Shown here one piece after another: positions 1-12,839 of a DNA stretch of 64,000 bases. Position numbers and translations under genes: made by a program. This DNA is from Octopus sinensis (taxonomy: Eukaryota): positions 92,256,001-92,320,000 of the forward strand of contig NC_043001.1 of assembly GCF_006345805.1 (NCBI RefSeq), given 5' to 3'. How positions within the stretch are numbered: position 1 is the stretch's first letter; the number at the start of each line of letters is the position of its first letter. The notes beneath the pieces were generated by a model. It saw nothing but the letters and a program-made list of their open reading frames with translations. It was not told where the DNA came from and ran no database searches.

Positions 1-1054
1 CTGTTTTGCCGAACCACTAAATTACGGGGACGTATACACACCAGTATCGGTTGTGAAGCGATGTTGTGGGTCAAGTACAGGCATAAAGATATACCTACAC
101 ACACACACAAACACATGTGTGTGTATGTGTATGTATATCTATATTTATGTGTGTGTGTAAACACTTGTGTGTAACAGTTAATGTATGCTTGTTCGAGATA
201 GATAGATAGATAGATAGAAACATATATACATACAAATATATATGCACACATGTGTGTATGTGTGTGTGTGTGTGTACGTACGCGCGCGTGTATAGGTACA
301 CATACATTTAATCATATGTATACGTGTATACATATTGTTAAAGGGTATAATCAAAAGCAGGCACAAAGATTAAAAATTTATGAATACACATGTGAACATG
401 TAGCATATGCATATCTGTGCTTGTGTGTATATGTGTGTGTGTGTACGAGCGCGCGTGTGTATGTGTTCTTATGTGTTCGTGTGAGTCTGTATGAGTTCGT
501 ATGTATTCGTGTGTGTTTGTGTGTGTTCGTATGTGCTTGTACATGTGTGTGTTGATCTATATATTGTTTCGGTTTGCTTTGATAATACAAAAACACAAAG
601 GCGACCCATAATCCCATTTATTAAAAGTTTGTCAACTGCATTGTATTTATGTGAAATATAGATAATACTAGACCCATACAACTAACCTTGTGTTACCGAC
701 TGTACTTTTTCCTGAGGTCAAGTACGTTTGATCAAGTGTCAGGAGGAAGGGACAATATTAATGTTCACTAGAAAAAATCTGGGATTGTAGTGTCAGGTTG
801 GTATTAAATAAGTTGTTTTGTTTAAAATTTAGGTTGTGGTATCAAGTAAAGTGAAGATGTTTATCTGCAATGTCTGCTTTCTGTCATTTGATCCCTTCTC
901 GAACGTTAGTACTTTGTCCAGAAATGTCCGCGTAATGGGTTTTGTTTTGTGGTCTATTTCGCGAAGGTTACGCTGGCTCCTAAGTAGCAGGGAGGCATTG
1001 TCTCGATATAATGTTAAAGTGAATATTTTGATAATTTTTTCACATCGGTTGGCT

Positions 1055-1113
<59 letters not shown>

Positions 1114-1115
<2 letters not shown>

Positions 1116-1985
1116 ATTTAAACAAGAAATGAACAACAAAAATGGAAAAGCATAGAAGGTAAAAAAATCTACGGTTAGTTTGAAAGAGATGTGATAATCC
1201 ATGGCTAAAGATGAGGAGGAGTGACCTGAAGAAAGAGACAGAAGCACACATATGCGCAGCTCAAGAACAAGCGTTAAGGACCAATTATATGAAGTGCAAG
1301 ATTGATAGCGCTACTGATAGCAACAAATGCAGAATGTGTGGTGAGAGGGGTGAAAAGGTAAGGCACATATCGTTAGCGAATGCCCTAATTTGGCACAACG
1401 CGAATGTAAACGACACCATAACAATGTAACAAGAATGATCCTTTGGGAGCTCTGTGGAAATCACGGCCTACAAAGGCCAAAAACGTGATATGAACAAAAC
1501 CCCAGAAGGAGTCACCGAAAATGAGAACTGCAAAATCCTTTGGGATGTAACGATCCAGTGCTATCATCTTATCAGACATAGGAAACTGGACATTGTTGTG
1601 GTGTATAAAAAATAGAAAAACATGTATGAATAGCGATACATCATGCCTCCGTGACAACGGGATCAATGTGAACGAAGGAGAAAAAATAAACAACTTCAAC
1701 GATTTAAAGTGGGAAATACGAATGTTGTGGTCAATGAAGAGAGTAGACGTGATACCAATAATAATTGGTGCACTTGAAAGTATCAGCGCTCAAATACCAC
1801 AATGGCTGAAAAAGATCGGTGCAAGTACGAAGGTAGAACACCAACGAAAACCGTGCAAGAATTCTTCACGGGGTTCTTGAAGCATGACCAGTAAACAAGT
1901 GTCACCTTAGTCTGCTGGCTGTAGATTGCTGACACTTTCTATCATACCCAGCATAATAAGATGTGAGTTTTCATATAATAATAAT
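1114..1985 (+). mobile_element. 5'-truncated R4/Dong-type (RLE) non-LTR retrotransposon, copy 1
   Basis: Frameshifted motifs KKETEAHICAAQEQALRTNY, CRMC CCHC finger, ILWDVTIQ, and DVIPIIIGALES of the restriction-like endonuclease. Flanked by (AAT)n. Confidence 0.88.
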
Positions 1986-2470
1986 GGGCTAGAGCAAATA
2001 TTCTGCTCAATACCACATATTTGCTTGTCACTTGTTTAATCTTAACCAGTTGAGCATATCCTTTAATGGCTGACGATGTGCATCTCTGATCACGAGCAGA
2101 AGTAGTGGTGGAGCATCATAGCCATGTGTTGAGAGGAATTTGGGGTGGGGTTTGAATAATTCACCTCTAGAAACATGGGTGTTTTGTTCATCATCCTTAA
2201 AACAAACCTTATTCGGGGACCTCTTGAGTGGAATGGACTACTGGACCTGAAGAAAATTCTAACTGGGTCCTATCTGCAAGGTCGTGTGCTGTTTATCTCG
2301 ATATGAAATCAACATGTCACCCACATATGGCTATGATGCATGTACCTGGTGTACCCTTAAACGAGTTGTCATGATAGGTATATTAGGCTTCGTATATTCG
2401 TATTCCAGGGTCACTTTGATAGCATACGCTGCTGTCTCACTCAATAATAACAACAACAACAACAACAACG
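1986..2470 (+). repeat. Dispersed repeat ending CTCACTC(AAT/AAC)n, probably a non-LTR 3' region or SINE; also at 3395-3880 and 35940-36480
   Basis: Clear similarity to 36010-36480 (gggctacagcaaatattctgctc...ctctcactcaataataat). Confidence 0.7.
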
Positions 2471-2474
2471 ACAA

Positions 2475-2525
<51 letters not shown>

Positions 2526-2527
<2 letters not shown>

Positions 2528-3395
2528 ATTTAAACAAGAAATGAACAACAAAAATGGAAAAGCATAGAAGGTAAAAAAATCTACGGTTAGTTTGAAAGAG
2601 ATGTGATAATCCATGGCTAAAGATGAGGAGGAGTGACCTGAAGAAAGAGACAGAAGCACACATATGCGCAGCTCAAGAACAAGCGTTAAGGACCAATTAT
2701 ATGAAGTGCAAGATTGATAGCGCTACTGATAGCAAAAATGCAGAATGTGTGGTGAGAGGGGTGAAAAGGTAAGGCACATATCGTTAGCGAATGCCCTAAT
2801 TGGCACAACGCGAATGTAAACGACACCATAACAATGTAACAAGAATGATCCTTTGGGAGCTCTGTGGAAATCACGGCCTACAAGGCCAAAAACGTGATAT
2901 GAACAAAACCCCAGAAGGAGTCACCGAAAATGAGAACTGCAAAATCCTTTGGGATGTAACGATCCAGTGCTATCATCTTATCAGACATAGGAAACTGGAC
3001 ATTGTTGTGGTGTATAAAAAATAGAAAAACATGTATGAATAGCGATACATCATGCCTCCGTGACAACGGGATCAATGTGAACGAAGGAGAAAAAATAAAC
3101 AACTTCAACGATTTAAAGTGGGAAATACGAATGTTGTGGTCAATGAAGAGAGTAGACGTGATACCAATAATAATTGGTGCACTTGAAAGTATCAGCGCTC
3201 AAATACCACAATGGCTGAAAAAGATCGGTGCAAGTACGAAGGTAGAACACCAACGAAAACCGTGCAAGAATTCTTCACGGGGTTCTTGAAGCATGACCAG
3301 TAAACAAGTGTCACCTTAGTCTGCTGGCTGTAGATTGCTGACACTTTCTATCATACCCAGCATAATAAGATGTGAGTTTTCATATAATAATAATG
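2526..3395 (+). mobile_element. R4/Dong-type LINE fragment, copy 2 (tandem duplicate)
   Basis: Near-identical to 1114-1985 at an offset of 1412 falling to 1409. Confidence 0.88.
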
Positions 3396-3907
3396 GGCTA
3401 GAGCAAATATTCTGCTCAATACCACATATTTGCTTGTCACTTGTTTAATCTTAACCAGTTGAGCATATCCTTTAATGGCTGACGATGTGCATCTCTGATC
3501 ACGAGCAGAAGTAGTGGTGGAGCATCATAGCCATGTGTTGAGAGGAATTTGGGGTGGGGTTTGAATAATTCACCTCTAGAAACATGGGTGTTTTGTTCAT
3601 CATCCTTAAAACAAACCTTATTCGGGGACCTCTTGAGTGGAATGGACTACTGGACCTGAAGAAAATTCTAACTGGGTCCTATCTGCAAGGTCGTGTGCTG
3701 TTTATCTCGATATGAAATCAACATGTCACCCACATATGGCTATGATGCATGTACCTGGTGTACCCTTAAACGAGTTGTCATGATAGGTATATTAGGCTTC
3801 GTATATTCGTATTCCAGGGTCACTTTGATAGCATACGCTGCTGTCTCACTCAATAATAACAACAACAACAACAACAACGACAACAATAATAATAATAATT
3901 TCTTTTT

Positions 3908-4485
3908 TAGGCACAAGGCCTGAAATTTGCGGCGAGTGGCTAAGTCGATTACATCGACCCCAGTATTTGATTTGTACTTAATTTATCGACCTCGAAAAGA
4001 TATATAAAGGCAAAGTCGACCTCGGCGGAATTTGAACCCAGAACGACGCGACGGGCGAAATGCCTACTTCTTTACTACCTACAAGGGGCTAAACACAGAC
4101 GGAACAAACAAGGACAAAACGGATTAAGTCGATTATATCGACCCCAGTGTGTAACTGGTACTTATTTAATCGACTCCGAAAGGATGAAAGTCGACCTCGG
4201 CGGAATTTGAACTCAGAACGTAGCGGCAGCCGTAATACCGCAAAGCATTTCGCCCGGCGTGCTAACGTTTCTGCCAGCTCGCCACCTTAATAATAATAAT
4301 AATCCTTTCTAATAAAGGAACAACGCCTGAAATTCGCCCAGCGCTCAACTGGTACTTATTTTATCGATTCCGAAGGATGAAAGACGAAGTCTACCCGACA
4401 GAATTTGAACTCTGAGCGTAACGAGGGACGAAATGCCTAGAATTTTGCCCGGCGTGCTAACGATTCTGCCAGTTCGCCGCTTTCT
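3908..4485 (-). mobile_element. Cluster of tRNA-derived SINE family A copies (dimer plus a third copy)
   Basis: A-box TGGCAGAAACGTTAG, B-box GAGTTCAAATTCC, and central GTCGACTTTGCCTTTCATCCTTTCGGGGTCGATAAATTAAGTACCAG (resembles the Meta-SINE domain from memory, unchecked). Confidence 0.85.
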
Positions 4486-4759
4486 TGATAATAATGAGCG
4501 TGACGGAGTCTGAGACTAGCAAAATCCGGCAAGGGCACAAACCGCAGAGTGTGGCGGAGTCGGAGACTAACAAAATTCTTTGGGATTTCCCAATCCAAAC
4601 AGAGCAAGTGCTATAGCATAGCAGACCGGACCTAGTGGTGGTCGACAAAATGCACCACATGTGCTATATAAGCTGATGTTGCATGCCCCTTTGACCCACG
4701 AATAGTCAAGAAGGGAAGCGAAAAAATAGATGACTCCACAAGTCAGCAATACTTGGACA

Positions 4760-6620
4760 CTGCAGGATGCCTAACTGTGTTTCCGCGCCTGTAAAGTTTA
4801 TCTCGAACTGACAGTGTTTCTTGGTAGCACTGCTAGGCCAAGGATTTCTGGAAGTTATCCATGGTAATACCGGACTCAAAAGTCGTCCGAAACAGTCCAT
4901 CCTCGTCGACGCCTAGAGTTTCCCCGAGAACGTCAACGCTCTTTCTCGCCACTACATTTCTATATATTGCTGCCGTAGAAAAAATCCACCGACCGTAGTA
5001 TTGCTCGACAGATAGAGAGCAGTGAGCGCCTGTCGACATTCCAGATACCAAGCACCTAATTTTGGTTTTTCTTAACCCGGGATTACAGCTCCGTCAAGAG
5101 ATGAGCAGCGGAAAAGAGTGCCTTACGAAAGAAAAACATACCGGCTTACCGGGGTACTAGCTATGTATATAACACATTTAGAGCCACCAACTTACCTGCC
5201 GGAACCAAGATCGTCTGTATCTCTAAACATAATTCTTTCTGAAAAAGTTCAACAACTTCATTGCCTGTCCATGTCAGACCAGAAGATGTGTATGTCTTGT
5301 CGTCAAACATTGTGCTAAGTGCGTGTTTCCCAGAAGTTCCTGTTTCAGTAATGGTTACCGCATCTACATCAAGTGATCTGAGGTTGTTGAACAAGTGACC
5401 TTGCTTCCACGCTGACCGCAGACCACGCTATTCGATACAACCTACTCTGAGTGTCACCATATTTAATGGAGAAAATGAAAGGGCAGGTCACTGACCTTCG
5501 TTATTTCGGGCGGCGAATGGTCTGTGTTCTTTTAATGTAGGTGCTCCTTGAAAGGCCCTCCTAATAACGTTTTATTTACTAATTTTCTGAAAATTCCCAC
5601 ACTCTCTGTGGCCAATTTGACTTGATGTTTTTATTAAGAGTCTCTCTATAGTGTTTTGGGGGTGAATTATTTGTTTTTATTACGTTTTTGTGATGGTTTC
5701 CTGTGCAGTCCATTAACTCCATATTGCTTTTGCTTATCGTGGTGAAATTCGCTTTTTTTTGTATTTGAGTGTTTCATTCTTTCCTTTGGTAGATTTGTTG
5801 TTGTTGTTGTTGTTGTTGTTGTGTTTGTGTTTTCTTGTTGTAGTGCTCGTGTATGTTCTTGTTAATGAAGAGGAACCGTGGGAGGCTTGGTTGTTATAGT
5901 GATGTTGTTTTGTTGTTTAGCGTTTCAGTTGTTCTTGGTATTACTTCGGTGCATGTGCTAGTGTGACAGTTTCGGATGTTTTGGGGAGTATTGTTTACGT
6001 TTGAGGATTTTGTTGTAGAGTTATGACCTTTTGGTTTCTATTTTTGGGCCTTTCTGGTGACCACTTACCACTCTCTGGGTTCCACCGTTTTCCTTTTTTC
6101 GTTATTTAAGGATAATTCTGCAGGAAAGAAAGAAACTGCTTTCTAATTGTGTGCTTTTGTCTGAAGTTCCTCACGCTGATACTGGAGTTGTTGATGTTTC
6201 TGTGGTATGGGTAGTAAAGAATTTTAGTTGTTTACTTTTTTGCGTGGAGACAGAAAGCCTTCTGGTGATCTGTGCCTCCACATGACTAAAACCTGGACTT
6301 TCTACCTTTTACTACGACTCTTACGGGGTCCCCACGCTCCAAGTTAATGAGCTCGAGGATTTTTTGTAAATTTCTGGAGTGAACCGCAATTCGGCCCACT
6401 TTTTGTGCTGGGTAGCTCTCATATTCATAACCTTCCCGTACACCCCCAAGTTCAATCTAAAGTAACTGAGGTTTATTTCGGGGAACTCGTTATTTAGTGT
6501 TAGCTAACATAAAAGTTTTCCTAAATAGGACATTCCTTCAGATTGACATTCTTTTCTGGCAGAATTAGCCGTTGTTTTGCTTGCTAGCAGGCTAGTAGTG
6601 GAACGAGATTAATCCTAAAC
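4760..6620 (-). mobile_element. Decayed Tx1/L1-type LINE: ORF1 zinc-knuckle remnant plus AP-endonuclease start
   Basis: PVRVVVKGRKSRFxSCGGTDHQKAFC knuckle near 6250-6350. LRSLDVDAVTITET and PAGKLVALNV are APE-like motifs at 5161-5394. Many stops. Confidence 0.65.
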
Positions 6621-7061
6621 TATTACTATTACTACATTACTCAGAAGGGATTTGGCCATGTTGGCAAATGCTTAAACGTTTGAAAGAAAAAATAGAGATT
6701 GAATGAATTTGGAATAGGTATATAAGCTCATTCCGTACTTAAAGTGTAAAGGTGCGTATTTCTGCGGATGCTCTGTTACTTTCGGAAGTCAAGTCTAACC
6801 ATTTTATAAGAATCTCTCGGAAAAGTAGAGGAAAATAAAGTAAAAACTCGCCAGCATAAAATCAGCATGGTTTTCACGTGTGTAGCCATTTTTTTTTCTA
6901 GTATAAATCATTTCTACTAGAAGCACAAGGGCTGAAAGTTTGGGAGAGTGGCAAGTCAATTATATCAGCTATAGTGCTCAGCTGGTACTTAATTCATCGT
7001 CTCCTACTTTCTGGGCCAATGAAAGGTGAAGTTGATCTCTGCGAAATTTGAAGTCAGAACT

Positions 7062-7290
7062 TAAAAATCTGGTTGTTCTACCCCTGTCGGAGCATAAACA
7101 ACCACCAGTCTGAAAGCACAGACGTCGCTATTGTTTACATCCAGAACCACCAATTTACTCCTGGGTTCAGAAAGATAATCCTTATCTTGAGATCCAGTCC
7201 TCTTTGGAACGACACCGAAATTACAGGGAGATCTGGTGTTACAGAGATGAAATGTCCTTGGTAACTGGCAGCCACACTTATTCACGCTTA
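7062..7290 (-). mobile_element. Tx1/L1-type endonuclease fragment
   Basis: KLVVLDVNNSDVCAFRLVVVYAPTG resembles the APE VYAP motif. Confidence 0.65.
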
Positions 7291-8037
7291 AGGAATTGCT
7301 GGAGATGTGGTAATCTTAGCGTCATACCTGCGCATCATTTGCTACAACATGCTCAGTCCTCCAAGCAGCGGATGTTGACAGCAAATGCAGCACCTGACCA
7401 GTGGAATGTACCCCTTCAACAATACGTGGAAGAGGTGGATCGTACTGCAGTAAGCAGCGAGAAAACAGTACTAACAGATGTTATAACATACAGACTGGAT
7501 TGCATTTCTTTAATGGATGCGTGTTTTGAGGAAAATATATACACCACTGTGTTGTATAATGAAACTTGTTGAAGATACGATATAATACATTAACCTATAT
7601 GAACTAGGTGATACGGACTAACATCTGTGACTAAAGGATCTACTTACATTATCTTCAAACAACCACAATCGTAAGTGTTTCCCCGACAATATCATTGCTC
7701 TTCCATTACAGTAAATATTGAACGAATCATGAATAATGAATGAAATGAACCGCTGATATATTACATTCGAATGCCTTGACTACAAAGATGCCGATTTGAG
7801 ACGGTCCATTGAACGTATTAGTAGAGAGTAAACTTCAAACGATACAACAGCCCGCCATTACACGTGCACGAGCACACACTCACGCACACACACATGTACT
7901 CGTATGTAATTGGCTACGGGTGTGTGTATATATACATACATGCATATATAGTACATACATGCAAGCACACACACACACACACACACATACAAAGAGAGAG
8001 AGGGAGAGAGAGAGAGTGAGAGAGAGGGAAGAGAGAG

Positions 8038-8099
<62 letters not shown>

Positions 8100-8435
8100 A
8101 GAGAAGCAGGCACACACACAGAGAAACAAGTCTACACACATACACACACACACTCACACAAGATTTTCGATATAGCCCTTACAGATTTCTTAATTTGTAG
8201 GCTGCTCGTAAGCGGATAATTACCCATCGCTCTCTTGCCCATGACAGGAATACAGATATGCTGAGTGAATATGCATATTTTACATATGTCCGTCTCTGTT
8301 GGGCCAGGGATATAAAAACAAGACAACACGGGATGGACAAGTTTTAGGAAATGCTGTATTTGACGATTAAGGAGGAATCTTAACGTTTCGGACGCTACCT
8401 ACCTACCTACATACCTACCAACCTGTCCATCTACC

Positions 8436-8498
<63 letters not shown>

Positions 8499-9072
8499 CG
8501 CACACACACACGCACGCACGCATACATACATACATACATACACACGCACGTTCCTTTTATTCTTTTCAGCTATGCAGACATACTTGAGCGCCACCGGGAT
8601 TTTGTGCCTTTTCCACAGCTTTCCCATTCGGCTGAGTTCTCAGAATGGTGGGATTTCACCCCTCTTTCATGTGCTTTACCCTAATTGTTGGCTCATTAGA
8701 CGTATGAACGAGTTTGACATTGCTGCCCCCGTCTTTACATCAGACCAGGGCATTGTTTCGTTTAGTATCGTGGAAAGGAGAATGTCCAATTCTATTTTCA
8801 AGACACCCACAACTACCTCTTTTACTCTCTCTTACTCTTTTCACTTGTTTCAGTCATTTGACTGTGGCCATGCTGGAGCACCGCCTTTAAGTAGAGCAAT
8901 TCGACCCCATGACTTATTCGTTGTAAGCCTAGTACTTATTCTATCGGTCTCTATTGCCGAATCGCTAAGTTACGGGTAGGTAAACACACCAGCATTAGTT
9001 TTCAAGCGACGTTGGGGGAGACAAACACAAACACAGAAACACACACACACACACATATATATACATATATAC

Positions 9073-9194
9073 AGGGAAAGTTTACGAAAAAAACGAAAGA
9101 CGAAGACAAGTGGTGTACAAAACAAACAGATTTATTAGTATAACGCTCAGGAATAGAAAAAAGTCTTTTACGTTCCGAGCCTACGCTCTTCTAC

Positions 9195-9195
<1 letters not shown>
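9073..9195 (-). mobile_element. Penelope-like terminal repeat fragment
   Basis: Minus strand reads agaAGAGCGTAGGCTCGGAACGT, a stem-loop plus a GAAAC-like motif typical of PLE ends. Confidence 0.45.
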
Positions 9196-9233
<38 letters not shown>

Positions 9234-9629
9234 TAGATAGATAAGAAAGTTTGTTTGGTAAACCATCCGAACATACTGACACAGAGAAATTAACAAGGAA
9301 AAGGGAAAAAAAATTTTAAAGCGATTATCTCCCCTACACCGGAAAAAATCACTCACTACCTCCCCTTATTTAGAAATCTCCTGGAAATAAAAACAACGAT
9401 AATTCCATGCAATATAAACATAACGTCACAAGAAATTTGAAAAGCTACACGCGAAACCGGTAATTTCTTTAAAAATTTTAAAATTATGTCATTTTAAGGA
9501 AAGGGAAAAAAAATTTTTCCAATATTCTCCAGACATTTTGACACAAATATATATATTTTTTAACAATTAAGCCTTCTGTCGTTTTTTCACACTTTACTAT
9601 ATGTACATATATACGACGAGCTTCTTTCA

Positions 9630-11280
9630 CTTTTTGTGAATTTTTAAAATAATTGTGAGAATTGCTGTTTTGAGGAAGTGTCTTCGCCTCCGAAGATTGA
9701 ACGGCTTGTATACCAGTTTTTGAGTAAGTTGTCTCCCAGTTGTGGCGCTCCGGGTTCGACCTTGGCCGGGAGTACCTAGTGGCCGGAGGATTTGATGTGT
9801 TTTTGAACTATTGACTTTCTTTTCTCTCAAGTTTTTTTGACTTTCGTTTTTCGTGAATTGTTTTATTTTTTCCTTCCATTTTATTGTGACTTTCTTTTGA
9901 TTTCTTTCTTTTTAAGTTTTATTTTGAAATATTTTCGAACTGTTATAACAAAAAGAAAAATGGCAATGAAAAAAGACAATGTTTTGGAGTGGGAAATTAT
10001 ACCACCCAGTGGTTGAAATACCTTGAAGAGAGGATGGGACTTACTCCAAGTCGCTCGACACCATCGACCTATTTGAAAAGACTGTAATTGAAAAGGAGTT
10101 CCAGGGGGGTCAAATACGCAACGATGTGGTTGCTATTTTACACACCTAAAGAGGCTCGCAAATTTGCGAGCCAGCCCTTAGAGGGCAAAGAAATTTTGTT
10201 TCTTCCCACGTATTGTGTGAAGAGGTTGACAAGAGCTTGGGTTTGCGGGTTGCCACCAGGGATAAAACCCGAGTGAATAGAGGAGCCTATCCGCCCGGGT
10301 CTGGGTGGCAGCGGAGCCAAGCTCCTTAATGTGAAAGTTTTTCCTGCGGCTGATTGGGTTGGGTCAAAAGCGGTTTTAACCCTGTGGACCCAATCAGCCA
10401 ATCTGGTTTTCCAGATATTTTGAAATGGCCGGGTGCAGTTACCCGGTGATTCTTGAGGGTCACCCCGTTCCCAGGTGTATAAAGAAAAACTGTCCCCAGG
10501 AACAAAATAAGGTCCTGGAGCAGTTGGTTGAGACCTCTATAGAAGAGGGAATGAAGGCGGCCGAGAAGGCGGAGGACTCCTCAAAGAAGGTCCGCAAGAG
10601 GAAGAAGGATCCTAGGGATGAGGGAGGGTAGGCGAATCTCTCGGTCACGGAGGAGACGCACCCTCCCTCAGGTGAGAAGAAAAAAGAGGAAGAGAAACGG
10701 GACATTGCCTGCAGTCGGTAACATAATACCGGAATGTCCCGGAACCTCGTCGGTGGGGGTTGTGCCACTGGCAGGGGAAGAGATACTGTCGGTGGGAATT
10801 GTGCCGCCGACAGTAGAAGTGACTACCTCGTCCCCGGAGGAAGACGAATTATTGGTCTTCTTCTGCAGAGGCGAAGAGGTGGAGAAGGTGTTGGAAAAGC
10901 ACCGTAAGGGAATACCTTTAGCCTGCACACGGGATCTCGAATGGCCTCTGCAGATAACTGTGGAGGTCATAACGTTGCTCGTGTTGCGTAGGTTGGAGGA
11001 ACTCAATGAGGAATATCGCTTGTGGCCGGGTGACGCCGACACGGCACCCGCTTTGTGCTTGAATGAGGCGTGATGATGGCGGAGGATGGGGTCACAAGTG
11101 ATGTTGGGGAGGAATATGGATAAGAGTTTGAAAAGCCTCAGTGTTATTGAAAGTTCCTTGTCTAGAAAAAAAGGTAAGAGGCTTAGTTATTGACTATTGG
11201 GAATAATATAAGAGATCAATGTTCTCGGGAAAGAACGATTGGCGGGCGTCGCTTTTTTCCCCATTAATCATAATTTTCAT
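9630..11280 (+). pseudogene. Decayed ORF1 (gag-like) region of a Tx1/L1-type LINE
   Basis: GC-rich block with interrupted frames (KRLTRAWVCGLPPGIKPE; ILEGHPVPRCIKKNCP as a collapsed knuckle) and a Lys/Glu-rich tail. No intact ORF. Confidence 0.5.
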
Positions 11281-11374
11281 TTTTCATTTCATATAACATT
11301 ATGTCTGTGTCAAGCCCGCAGCTTCCTTTCTCTATGTAAGGCCTTTATGGCCATTATAATGAAATGAAGAAGCT

Positions 11375-11918
11375 TGCTTCCCAACCACAGGGTTCAGGGT
11401 TCAGTCCCACTGCTGGATACCTTGGGCAAGTGTCTTCTTCTATAGCCTCGGGCCAACCAAAGCTTTGTGAATGGATTTGGTTCACGGAAACTGAAAGAAG
11501 CCCTTCTTTCGTTTTTCTTTTTACATGTTTCAGCGATTTGACTGCGGCCATGCTGGAGTACCGCCTTAAAAGGTGTTAGTCGGACAAATCAACTCCTTAT
11601 TCTCTGTAAGCCAAGTACTTATTCTATCGGTGATTTTGTCGAACCGCACAGATACGGGGACGTAAACACACAAACGTCGATTTCAAACAACGGTGGGGGG
11701 AACAAACACAAACACACACAAATACAAACACACACAAACATATATACAACGGGCTTCTTCCAGTTTCCGTTTACCAAATCCACTCACAAGGCATAGGGAG
11801 ATTGTTCGGCTCGAGGATATAGCAGGAGACACTTGCCCAAGGTGCCACGCAGTGGGACTATATTCGGAACCATGTAGTTAGGAAGCAAGCGACTTACCAC
11901 ACAGCCACGACTGCGCCT
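11375..11918. mobile_element. Two CORE-type tRNA SINE (family B) copies in inverted orientation
   Basis: GGTTCAGTCCC B-box and ACCTTGGGCAAGTGTC CORE-like motif on + at 11375-11505 and on - at 11520-11918. Confidence 0.8.
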
Positions 11919-11939
11919 ATGTATGTATATATATATATA

Positions 11940-11983
<44 letters not shown>

Positions 11984-12002
11984 ATATTTATATATTTATA
12001 GA

Positions 12003-12003
12003 A

Positions 12004-12079
<76 letters not shown>

Positions 12080-12080
12080 C

Positions 12081-12118
<38 letters not shown>

Positions 12119-12120
12119 TA
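12003..12120. repeat. (TAGA)n microsatellite
   Basis: Direct inspection. Confidence 0.95.
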
Positions 12121-12509
12121 GAGAGAGAGAAAGAGAAAGAGGGAAAGATATGCATGTATGTATATGCATATGTATATGAATATATACATATACGCACATA
12201 TATGTATACATGCATTCTGTATGTGAATGTATGTGTATTTTTTTGTATTTATCCTTTAGAGTACCCGCATTTTATCTAGTGATTAGACATCAATTGGTTA
12301 CTTTCAGTACCCAGTTTCTGCCTGGTTAAACATCATCACCACATCAACACCGCCGAAGATCATAGTGAAACGCCTGAAAACCAGAGGTCTTCTTACTTGT
12401 TTGCAACAAGACCACATAAGCTGTGACTACCACAACGACGACGACCACATCGACAACGACGACGACAATGAAAACTATGATGAATCTTTTCTGTTACAGA
12501 TACAAATCT

Positions 12510-12710
12510 GAAATTTTGGGTTAGCGGGATAGTCGACTGCATCGACCCAGTGCATGACTGGTACTTATTTCATATTTGAAATTCGATCCCGAAAGGATGA
12601 AAGGCAAATAGACCGCAGAGAGGAATTTGAACTCAAGCGTAGAGACGGACGAAATGCCGCTAGTCGTTTTGTCCGGCGTGCTAACTCATCAGCTAGCTCG
12701 CCGCCTTGAA
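12510..12710 (-). mobile_element. SINE family A copy
   Basis: Same motifs as 3908-4485. Confidence 0.75.
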
Positions 12711-12839
12711 ACGTAGAACGTAAAGCTACAAGACTTAACTACCATAATGTATCATTCCCTTCTCTATACCAGTTCAATTATCGACCACTTTAACAACAAC
12801 AACAACAACAATTTCTACATTTTTCACCAAAAGAAATAT

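Noticed and set aside
95-681. ORFs rich in HT/CV/YI repeats here and at many other loci (for example 7809-8219, 44609-45267, 54190-55214)
   Set aside because: They are translations of (CA)n, (TA)n, (GA)n and (TACA)n microsatellites with no coding signal.
8572-8979. Plus-strand ORF starting MQTYLSATGILCLFHSF after an acceptor-like tract
   Set aside because: It runs into a SINE, has no convincing donor or domain, and no partner exons were found on the plus strand.
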